Assembly: GCA_010909165.1 (NCBI GenBank)
Contig: MU008178.1
Span: 198,369-262,368, forward strand
Reading direction: 5' to 3'
DNA: 64,000 nucleotides
Origin: Anthoceros angustus
Taxonomy: Eukaryota > Plantae > Anthocerotophyta
The translations under genes and the position numbers were made by a program. Within the stretch, counting starts at the first letter, position 1. Every line of letters begins with the position of its first letter. The notes below the pieces were generated by a model, which saw only the letters and a program-made list of their open reading frames with translations, did not search any database and was not told the origin of the DNA. Below are positions 12,100-22,191 of the stretch, piece after piece.

Positions 12100-14465
12100 T
12101 CTTCAGACAGGCTATAAAAGCCCGGCCTGGGTCCGTGTCTGCGGGCTCTTGAGAGGTGTTCTGGTTTCTGGCAAGGGGTTTACATTTTTGTCGACGAGAG
12201 ACTTTTAGTTCTTGGCGTGGGGTTTAGCAATTTTTGCCTCTTTGTGTTTGGTAGGGGTTCTTGTGGCCTAGTGCAACTTTGGGCAGTCGAGGCGGTTTTC
12301 CGGTTCGGGTGTTGGCTTTGGCGGCGTTCCTGGGTGAGTGGGGGTTTTTCCATGTGGCTCGACAGGTGCATTTTTACGACATCATTGAACAAGCTTGGTT
12401 TTTCCAAAGTGGCGTGGTAAGTCCGTAGCGTGGGGTGCAGTAGTGCATTTTAGCAATTTTCAGGTTGTTCTCTTTTTGGCCATAGGGCCCCTTACTTCTG
12501 CTCTTAAGAAGGACACTCCTTGTCCCGTGTGCAAGAAATTATTTAAGCCTTGGGGAGTTAGGAGCCACATAGGTCTAGTTCACAAAGACTTCGATCAGAT
12601 TACTTGGGAGGCTTAGTTGAGGCTTGCTTCTTCTTCGAGTGTTGTCCCCCCGGCTTTAGATATCCCTCCTGGGCCCTCTCCAGAGTCTTAGCAATGGTTG
12701 CGGGGGTGGGCTGATCATCTTTTGGCCTTGTATGAAGCGCGGTTCCCAGGACCACTCCTTTTTCGATGCCTCCCGTGGCACCTATAGGTTGACATCCGCC
12801 TTGCTTATTGCCTTCCCTTGGAGCCCCTCGCGTTGGATCCCCGAGATGATGCTGCTTGGGCTTTGTTCTTGTTTCTCCCTCGATGGTGTCTCTGTTGCTC
12901 TCGAGCCGGTTTTTCTGAGCATTGGGAGGTTGCCTTTTGTCTTTGCCGATTCTTGGCGGGGAATTGGGAAGTTCTACAAGAGGAGGCTAGACGCACAGCA
13001 AGATCTAGGTTGGACTCTGCTAAGGTAGATCGTGTTTGTCCAGACCCCACAAAGGTGCGATTCAAACGGTGCCTCCTGCTAGGTCGCACTGGGGAGTATG
13101 CTAGGGCTGCTTGGACTCTTCGCCCGGAGCTTGTGGCGGATGCCCCCAGGGAAACCATCGTCGCTCTTCGCGCCCTTCACCTGGGCCCTGTGGACCCATC
13201 TTGCGAGGCATTCGAGACTTCGTCCCCGAGGAGCTCTTTTGTTTCGACAAGGCGGTCTTCGGCCAGGCCCCTTATAGTGCCCCACGCCTTTCTTTAAGTG
13301 GCCTATCTGGAACGGTCTATGACCACCTCCGAGACCATTTTACTCTAGAGGACCTCTCTAGCGGCTTTTTCGAGCTGATTCTTCCAGTAGCCACTGTGGC
13401 GAGGGGGGAGACTGCTCCTCAGATTTCTCAAGTTTTGGGTGCGAGCAGGTTGTTGGTTATGGAGAAGCCCACCCCTGGAGTGCACCCTATCGTTGTTGGG
13501 GAGGCATTCTTGTGGCTTATTGGTTGTAGCATAGCCATCCAGCCCCGAGAGCAGTTCCAGGCCCATCTAAGTCCCCACCAATTTGGAATTGCTACTCCGG
13601 GGGGTTGCAAGTCCGTGGCATTTGGGGTGGACGTCCTCTTGAAACCCATCCGGATTGGATCGCTCTTCATGTTGACGTCGAGAATGCCTCTAACACTGTC
13701 TTTAGGGCGGCTATCTTCGACGAGCTCAAGGATGTGGGAGGACTGCTGGCTGGCCTTATCCCCTTTGTCCGCTCCTTTTATGGGTTTGGTCTTCGTGGGG
13801 TGTTTCGCCCTCTCTTCAGTACCCAGAAGGGGACATTGCTTCTTTGCAAGGGCTTCGTGTTCTTGGCGTCCTGGTGGGGCCCCCGGTTTTCATTCAAGAA
13901 TTCGTGGATGTGGCTTTGACCAAGAATTTGGGGCACATTGATGACCTTTCTCAGCTAGGGGACCCGTAGGTGACATTTGGGATCCTCTCTTTGTACTTCG
14001 CGCGGCGGCTTGGGTACCTTCTCCGTATGGTACCTCCTTCTCTAGCTTTCTTCTTCCACAGGGGAGCTTTCGACAAAAGGATTATGTAGGCTTTGGGTGA
14101 TATCATTAGCCCTAGCACCTTCAAGTGTACCGCCGAGGATTTGGCGAAGCAGCAGGCTTCCCTTCCTGTCGCTTTTGGGGGCACTAGTCTGTTGGCTACG
14201 GAGGTCTCTGCACCGACGGTCTTCTAAGGGAGATGGGCCCTCTCTGCCCCCATCCTGCCTCTCGATTCTTAATTTGGGACTCCCACATCTTAGAGGCATT
14301 CGTCTCGGGCGTGGAGAAGGGGGTTTTCCTCTTATAGGCATCCTTGAGGTTTGGCCAGGGGACTTTTATCGTCTGAGACTGGGGTCAGCTTGCCACATTT
14401 CTTCTCACTCCCCGAGGTTGTCTCCTGCCTTGCTCGGTTCGATAGCTCCAACTTTGTTCGCTCTT
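12100..14465 (+). mobile_element. Non-LTR retrotransposon 5'/RT fragment, CRE-like, degenerate
   Basis: C2H2 finger CPVCKKLFKPWGVRSHIGLVH, GEYARAAWTL, SGLSG..YDHL, LLVMEKPTPGVHPIVVGE, LSPHQFGIATPGGC, DVENASN (RT DxxNAFN motif); frameshifts and a partial RT deletion. Confidence 0.8.
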
Positions 14466-14987
14466 AAATTAAGAGGCGATTTGCAAGATGCAGACGTAGT
14501 TGCAGACAACGAGTTAGAGCTAGAGTTTACTGACATGAATAGTAGTGGAACTCCAAGAGTCCCGTCCATACCTGTCAGAGAAAGGCAGGCACGACTGACA
14601 GCTGCCACAATAAACTGATCGTGAAAACAACAACTTGCTGGTAATGCACATATTTTGTTCGGAGAAAAAACTTGCCAAGTCACCCGCAGCTGGAAAGAAA
14701 AATCGTATGACATCATGGTCAGCATCAGGTCTGGCTATTGGTGGAAAAGGACAAGCAGTCACGGCAAAATCCAAGACAGTAGTATGAGGAGGAGATTGTT
14801 GTTTATTTAGAAATTACCAGAAAAAATCGGTCTACTTCCAAAAAAGGGTTTTCAAAATTTGATTATGAAATGTTAAACTAAGCATTGTGGGAAGATTCAT
14901 GAAGCTAAGCTATTACTCGCTCCAAAACCATAATATTTTGTCAAAGATTCACAAGATTTAAGAAGCATGAGCACTAGTCTATTTTGA

Positions 14988-15458
14988 TTAGATAACAAAA
15001 TCTGGACTAGGTGCATCAATCACAGGTGGCCAAATATCCGGGGAAGGCCATATGTTAGGACAAGAGTATATGTTGTTATCTTTGTTTGGAAAATATCTAT
15101 ATGTCAGAATACATTCTACGGCGGCATATTTACCACCTATTCTTTTCCTACAAAGATCTAAAACTCTATCTGCAATATTTGTTAAACATAGCCAACATGA
15201 TGCTTGTTGTTGAATGATCGGCTCATGATTCAAACATTGAACTGCACCTTGAAATGCAAGGGTATTTCGTGTATATCGGTTAGGATAGACAAGAGCTCCA
15301 GCGTTAATCATGGATTTTATATTACTTTGTAATAACCAACTCAATCTACCCTTGAATTGTATTTCCTCACATTCATGTGTAACATAGGTTACTTCATTTG
15401 CTGTTCCCCATATTATGTAAGGATTCAGTAAAGCTACTAAAAATAAAATAAAATACAT
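14988..15458 (-). CDS. Secreted single-DUF26 (Gnk2-homologous) cysteine-rich protein, 156 aa, intronless
   Basis: Signal-like MYFILFLVALLNPYIIWG; GAVQC-x12-CWLC..DLCRKRIGG..ECILTY matches the DUF26 cysteine pattern; Pro-rich tail. Confidence 0.7.
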   Translation of the reverse strand: MYFILFLVALLNPYIIWGTANEVTYVTHECEEIQFKGRLSWLLQSNIKSMINAGALVYPNRYTRNTLAFQGAVQCLNHEPIIQQQASCWLCLTNIADRVLDLCRKRIGGKYAAVECILTYRYFPNKDNNIYSCPNIWPSPDIWPPVIDAPSPDFVI

Positions 15459-16434
15459 TCTCCCATATTTTGGAGGTTTGAAGACAATTTTAGGAATCCG
15501 CATGTACATAGTTTTATAAGCAAAATTCATATACACTTTAATAGAAAACCTCAATATTTTTCTACAGATGGATAAGTAGATATGGAGAGGTCTCATGCAA
15601 TATGTTCTTTGTATATAGGAAATATTACGTATTCCAAAAAAAAATTATTTTATTATTATATTTATTTAAGTTCAAAAGAAAAAAATATTCCATCATTTGT
15701 TACATCTAAGATTCTTGTTCCATTTGTACCAGATAGATTCGAGTTTGCATAGGTATTCCATATTAAGTATCGTAATATAAATAGAATATATCTGAGTTTG
15801 TACATATATTTTATATTATACTAAATATAAATTTATTCCATTTATAAGTTAGGACCTCTCCGTACTGACGACACGAAATAAACTACGAACATGAACTAGA
15901 GCCACGTATGAAAAACAATTCAGTTCCCTCAAACAACACGAATTGAACAACGGACATAATCTAGAGCCATGTAGGAAAAGCCATTGAGTTCCTTTGAACT
16001 GAACCGTCTGCCAATTACGCACAACTAAAATTGAATCAAACCCTTTCAGATAGATCCAGCGCCCTGAATGATGATTTTTATTTTATTTTAACATTATAGT
16101 TTAACCTTTACCATTTTATACTGTTCTAGGGTGTAACCTCATATGTTTCGTTCCAGACTCCGTGCTTGATGACGTTGTGAGAATCGGGAGGGAAACAAAT
16201 GAGATAAAAAATAGAGTAATAAGAAGTAAAAATTATATTTACTATTTTACCTCAATTCAGCCGAATCATAGAGGATTTGCAGATTGTTTAGTTCACTAAT
16301 CGATTCGATCTAAACAAAACTACACCCGCCACATCAGCCAACTGTCCGTGTTCTAGTTTTTGTAGTTCAAATCCGCCATGTCGCCAACTAGCAGGTGAAC
16401 TGTAATTCAACTACACCCGAACCGCCAGTACGGA

Positions 16435-16712
16435 GATGTCTTAGGTATGCAAACCCAACAATGTCACGGTTGGTCCTCCCCTTCAGATATAAGTTCATTG
16501 AAACTCCATACATAAGTTCATTGCAACTCCATACATATGTTCATTGCAACTCCATACATAAGTCCATTGGGACTCTATGCATAAGTCCATTGGAACTGCA
16601 TAATTCGAAGATGTCCTAGGTATGCAAACCCAACATCGTCATGACTCCTTCTCCCCTCGGGAACTCCATACATAAGTTCATTGAAACTCCATACATAAGT
16701 TCATTGAAACTC
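16435..16712. repeat. 23-bp tandem repeat (ATAAGTTCATTGAAACTCCATAC) inside a ~175-bp higher-order duplication
   Basis: Five copies then two-plus copies; each block is headed by gatgtc(t/c)taggtatgcaaacccaaca (16435, 16610). Confidence 0.85.
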
Positions 16713-16785
16713 CTTATTTAAGTATATGAATCCCTTTAAGGTGTGACATTCAAACATGAATTCGTTGCAGTTCTCTTCAAGGTGT

Positions 16786-16917
16786 GAGTTCATTGGAGTT
16801 CATTAAACAAGTTTAGACATGAGTTCATTGGAGTTCATTAAACAAGTTTAGACATGAGTTCATTGGAGTTCATTAAACAAGTTTAGACATGAGTTCATTG
16901 GAGTTCATTAAACAAGT
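16786..16917. repeat. Perfect 35-bp tandem repeat, 3.8 copies
   Basis: GAGTTCATTGGAGTTCATTAAACAAGTTTAGACAT starting at 16786, 16821, 16856, 16891 (partial). Confidence 0.95.
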
Positions 16918-17214
16918 GCTTGAACGCATTAGTGCTTGAATAGGATGCCATCCATCCCCAAGTTGCCCTTTGCAAGGCTGCCAGTTGGTAGTGCCCTTGA
17001 GGGTTACTTCATATCAAAATCCTAGTGCCAGACTTCTATGTATACTTTAAAATAATTATAAAATCTCTAAATTCATCAAATAAATTTAATATCTATAAAA
17101 TCTCCAAATTCACTAAAAAAATATACCCCGAAATCAATACAAAACCAACTTGGTCGCTTGCAAGTAATATAATATTTTTTAAAGCTATAAGATGGACAAA
17201 TATACAAGTAATGT

Positions 17215-17382
17215 AATATATATGAAGCTCTGAGATGAACAGGTGACATAATATATATGAAGCTCTTCAGACCTGAGCTGCAAGATAAACATGTTGCTTC
17301 TCACGCACCAAATAGTCTTCAGATCTGAGCTGCAAGATAAACACGTTGCTTCTCACGCACCAAATAGACGCACCAAATAGAC
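17215..17382. repeat. Nested short tandem duplications in the carboxypeptidase 3' UTR
   Basis: atatatatgaagctct x2; cttcaga(c/t)ctgagctgcaagataaaca..cacgcaccaaatag x2; extra acgcaccaaatag. Confidence 0.8.
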
Positions 17383-17391
17383 GATCGCAAC

Positions 17392-19838
17392 TCAGATGCC
17401 AGGACGTTTGGACACAACGGTCCATCGTGGCACTCGACGGTTGGCGAAAGCTCGGTGACTAAATAACAAGAGTAGCAGCACCGCAAACATGATACCGAAG
17501 AGCTGATGCGTATCCTCCATCCCGGTCCCGGTCTTCTCCCCGTAATAAACTTTCAACCACCGTTTTACGTGCTTTATCTCTGTCTCCCGCTGCTGCACCA
17601 GCCACGTGGGGTCCTTTGCTGTTGATGGCCTCAGATCAAGGTGATGGGCTCCTGTACATACATCAGATGCACTGTTGGGGCAGGGCTGATAAGACACAAG
17701 GAACATAAGCAGTACTGTTGTAGAAATCGCAGGCGTACCCTCTGGCACGACGCTCGCGACAATGGTGTTGGATATATCCCGTAAAACGCTGAAACCAAAG
17801 ACAACAGTATAAGGATGAGACTGCAGTAGAAGAAACAAAGCAGTAATTCCTACGACAGAAGTGCTCTGACCTTCCGCCACTCCACGGGTCCAGGAGGCCA
17901 TTTGAGAACAAAATGTTGCTGCCAAAGTGCTTTAACACACTCTCAATATCCTGCACCCACCCGAGTCAGTTGGGCTGTGAGGCGGCGAATACCTTCTACT
18001 TCAGGGAGCTGCACAAGAGAGGAGAAACGTGTACTCACCTCACCACCAAATTCAGAGATGATCCAGTTCGGCCTTGGCTTCACACCGTAACTCTGGATGC
18101 AGCCCTGTTCGTAGAGGTCATAATCCCATGGGTACGGTGGGAACATACTGTTGTTCGGATTGCTGCTCATAGGCATTACCATCTCAGTGCAGGCCTGGAC
18201 AAAACACAAGAACGCGGTGTCTGAGCGACACCATCAATGGGTTGGTAGGCACTAGCTGACATGATGGTGCCATGAAGAAGGAGCTGTTTCCCACCTGCCA
18301 GTCCCATCCATTCATTCCATGCGGATCATCACCAGGGTCGAAACAAGTCTCGGTACCTGTGAAGTTGTAGTACACACTGATACCAGCAAAGATGCGGGAT
18401 AGGATTCCAGAGCCGTCGGGCAGACCATCTATTGCCTTGCAAAGCTGGGCACAACGCAGACCACAGTCTTCGTTGCGGATCAACATGATTACGGGAGCAC
18501 AAAAAGAGTTTGTTGCCTCTCATGCTTGATGGTTCAGTACCTCTCGGACAGGATGGGCAGGCAAGGGCATTAAGAAGTCCGCAGCATAGGGATAGTTGAC
18601 CATGGCCAGATATGCGTAAGCAGAGTACAACCAGTCTTGCAGTTCCCAGGTGCCCTTGAAGTCTCTGAGGATCATGTGAAAGTAAGATTACTGGCTGGGT
18701 ACAGAGAAAGCAACACAGGAGCAATAATGGAGCCAGTACCTGCATGCGTGAAAGATAACGCTGAGATTGTGCAAGCCACCATTTTGGAGGCCTAAAGCCT
18801 CAATCTCGTCCCAAGATCTGAGAATCACGTCAAAGCAACTCTCACTCTCTTGCTGCACTCAACGCAAAGCAGCGCCAAATGTCAAGTACCCGAACTGACC
18901 CTGTTGCCCAAGCCATCCTAATCAGAACCGTCAGAAGGAAAGAAATAAAGACCTTGAAATCCGACGATACGATTCGATTGAAAGTGTCGTGGGGTACAAT
19001 GTCTCCGAATTGCAGAATAGGTGCTGACGACGCCACAGCTCCAATGGCAACATGCGGGTATTTGAGACGAAACCAAGCAGCCAGCACTGCAGGCGGGTTA
19101 CCGCTCCACCCTTAGCCTCAACACTCCTCCCCCGCTTACAGCTCCAAGTACCGCATACCACAGAAATACTTACTCCCACCATAGGAGCCACCGAAGAGCA
19201 CCACAGGCGATCCCTCAGCAGACAAATTGCGCTTCAAATCCGAGATCAGAGTCACGTAATCCGCCAACGCCTGCTCCGAAGTGAGGTGCGCCAGGGAAGC
19301 CCCGTCCTTGTAGGCCAGCTCGCGGCTTCCAAACGGCATAGACTCCCCATAGTAGCGGTGCTGGACGGCAGCGGCAGATCAGCAGCTTGCCACTGCTCGC
19401 ACAGGCATAGCACCGCATCGGCATGGCAATGGCACTCACCTCAGGGAAGAGCAGCAACGCCTGGAAGAGCGGCGCAATCTCCCAAAGAAAGCCGGAATTC
19501 TGCGCGAACCACTCAATGTCCCCCTCGTTCCCGCAGTAGAGGAAGATGGGCGCCTGCCTGTCCGCGCCTCCCCAGAATTGGTCGCTGATGAGATACCGCT
19601 CCTGGAACGTGCCGTTTTCCCACTGCGCGAAGCTGAAGTGGTCCAGCGTCTGCGTGAAGTAGCGCACCTGGTAGGCCGGGGAGCTCGCTACTCCTGCTCG
19701 TCGAGGAGCCCGCCATGGCTGCCCTCGGAGCTTGAATGGCCTCTGCTGCTGTTGTTCCTCGCCGGCTGCTTGCTGAAAATGCACTTGCAGCAACAACAGC
19801 AGCATGCACATGCGGAGCGGCCATGCCATAAGAGCCAT
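17392..19838 (-). CDS. PRCP: Lysosomal Pro-X carboxypeptidase-like (peptidase S28), multi-exon
   Basis: Signal peptide, [32 protein letters not shown], catalytic GGSYGG|[38 protein letters not shown]. Confidence 0.93.
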
Positions 19839-20016
19839 CGCTCGCCACTGAACTTGAGGAATATGGGATAATTATACATATGAACAAGAAGGGCTCTCGC
19901 TCCTGGGGCCGGGTAGGGAGGTGGATCGAAGGAAGTGAAGAGTGTAGATTATTGTGGAATACAAGGAGGCCTGCCAGTGCGTACCTAGGAGAAGGATGGA
20001 TCTGTGAGGAGCAAGA

Positions 20017-20967
20017 TCAGGTGAGCTGCAGGGACTGCAAGGCAACCTTGGCAGCGACAGAGGCCCGGCTGTGGAGCGCGTACTGCATGGCGTGCGTGAG
20101 CCGCTGAAGAGTGTCGGTGCATTCCATGGCCGCCAGGCGCTGCTGCAGCAGCGCGTGCAGGTCGGCCGGAGAGGCTCCCGACACCGGCTGCAGGGCCGCG
20201 AACGACAGCCTCTCCTCCGGCGACGCGGAAGGGAGCAAACCCGCGGCCTCCAGCTCCGGCACCGGCGCCTGCTGCGCCCACTGCATCGCGCGCTCCAGCG
20301 GCGTTTGCATCTGCTCGCTCAGCGAGCGCACCCGGAGCTTGAGCTGGAGGTACTGCACCTGAGCAAGCGTCTTCTTGAGCTCCTCGGCGGCAACTCCCAT
20401 GGCCAGGTCTGAGTCCCCGTCCGAGGGCCGCTCGTCCACCAGTGCCTCCACTCTGGCCTGCAGGAAGGGCTGCGTCTTGGTCACCTCCACCAGCGACAGC
20501 CGCGCCACGCCCTGCACTGTCACCAGCGCGCCTCCCATCTCCAGCCGCTTCACTCCCAGGACGCGGCACAGGCAGGCGTGGGAGGCCACCATGCTCTGCT
20601 GCTGCTGCTGATGCTGCTGCTGCTGGACCAGGATGTGCGACAGGAGGCGGTCTGGTCGCCGCAACACCGCGTCCAGCAGAGCCAGGAACCGGGCTTCGTA
20701 CAGGTGCAGCGACTTGGTGGATCCCGGCACCATCACCTCCGCGGGGCTGAAGGGGAGGCAGGCGAGCTCCAGGTCCTGCTTCTTCTCCGCGCACCGAACC
20801 CTAACCTGAACCTGCTCGTGCCGGCCATGGCGATGGTACAATCCTAGCACTCTGCTGGACCTGCTGTCCCTCGCCACGCCCTGCCCTGGCTTCTGCATTG
20901 TCCTTGCTGTTGTTGTTGCTGGCCATGGCGGACGCAGCACCACTGCGACTGCCGCGCCTGTTCCCAT
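20017..20967 (-). CDS. LON peptidase substrate-binding (LON N-terminal) domain protein, probably plastid-targeted, intronless
   Basis: 316-aa GC-rich ORF; transit-peptide-like N-terminus; LPFSPAEVMVPGSTKSLHLYEARFLALL, ERLSFAALQP, RLAAMECTDTLQRL. Confidence 0.85.
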   Translation of the reverse strand: MGTGAAVAVVLRPPWPATTTARTMQKPGQGVARDSRSSRVLGLYHRHGRHEQVQVRVRCAEKKQDLELACLPFSPAEVMVPGSTKSLHLYEARFLALLDAVLRRPDRLLSHILVQQQQHQQQQQSMVASHACLCRVLGVKRLEMGGALVTVQGVARLSLVEVTKTQPFLQARVEALVDERPSDGDSDLAMGVAAEELKKTLAQVQYLQLKLRVRSLSEQMQTPLERAMQWAQQAPVPELEAAGLLPSASPEERLSFAALQPVSGASPADLHALLQQRLAAMECTDTLQRLTHAMQYALHSRASVAAKVALQSLQLT

Positions 20968-22191
20968 TGCTGCCCGGCACTCTCACACCGGCCCGGTACC
21001 TCACCAGGCTCTCACGTAGATGACCAACCGAACCTGACCTTCACCTCCCTCCCTGGTTTGCCCTAACCTCATGAGCAGCACACGCGCCTGCTGCCCTTCG
21101 TCACTTGTAATCTAGCTGGCTCACTCACATGCCGTGCTCCTCATCTGCCTCAACCAAAATGTGCGCAAACGCCTCCAGCTCATGAGCTCCAGGCCTGCGC
21201 GTTCTCGTAGTCTCTCCAGATGCAAATCTGACGCATTCGGTGGTGCTATCACTTCGTTGGAGATGGAATGAAAGGGAAGCCTGAAGTGCCCCGTCTAAAG
21301 AGCTCCCATTTCTGCCTGCCTTGTTTAACCCCAAGATGAGAAATGGTATTCAAATGGACTGCGTACCAGTTTGCTTAACACCAAGGTGACAAAGATCTCA
21401 AATCGAGCTTGAAGATCGATTGAATCGCGGGGCTTCTATCCATCCACAAAGTTGATTGAACCGCAGAGCTGCTATCGATCTAGCAAAGAGGTCTCCGAAC
21501 CACGAACACAACCGAGCATTACGCAGATCTTCCCAAGCGGCACAAGAGGAGTAGGCAGGCTAGGTTCTGTTGCTAGCCTTCCATCCTCGGCCACCTGCCC
21601 TGTGAACGCGCTCTTCTCGTAGCATTGCAAAAATTAGTCTCCAAACATCCAACTGGAGAGTCACAAGGGACGCCAATCGCGACATTACGCATCGTATCTT
21701 CCAGCCGCTGCCGCAAAACGGCTGGCTTGGAATCAAAATATGAATCTTAAGACGCGTATGCGCAGGAAAGGAGATGACGCGCGATCGCAAGGGCTGAGCT
21801 GATGAGCTTGACCTAGCTATGGCGTGCTTGACATTCCACACAAGGCAGCAGCAACAGACGCGGCAGGAGAAGGATAATAACACTGGCAATGAATGGCTGC
21901 TGTTGGGGGGAGCGTGAGGGCAAGCGGGCAGGCACGAGCCTGCAACCTTGCCTCCACGGGCCCTCCTCTTTCCACCCATTTTTAGTCCACTTGTCACCAG
22001 CACACGACATGATGGGCAGGAAAATCGGCTAGGCAGTTGCCATTGGCATCTCACGGTCTCCATCCTGCTCGCTGCCCTTGGTATCTGCTCGGCGCGTTTT
22101 GGGCTTTGGGCGACATCACAGGCAGGTGCTTCTGCTGCTGCCGGTGCAGCCCCAGCACCATCACCTCCCCTGCCTGCCATGTGACTTGCTC

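Noticed and set aside
16786-16917. 35-bp repeats as a CRISPR array
   Set aside because: Head-to-tail copies with no unique spacers, no cas genes, eukaryotic context.
19985-20847. Overlapping ORFs around the LON-domain gene
   Set aside because: Shadow ORFs of a GC-rich CDS.
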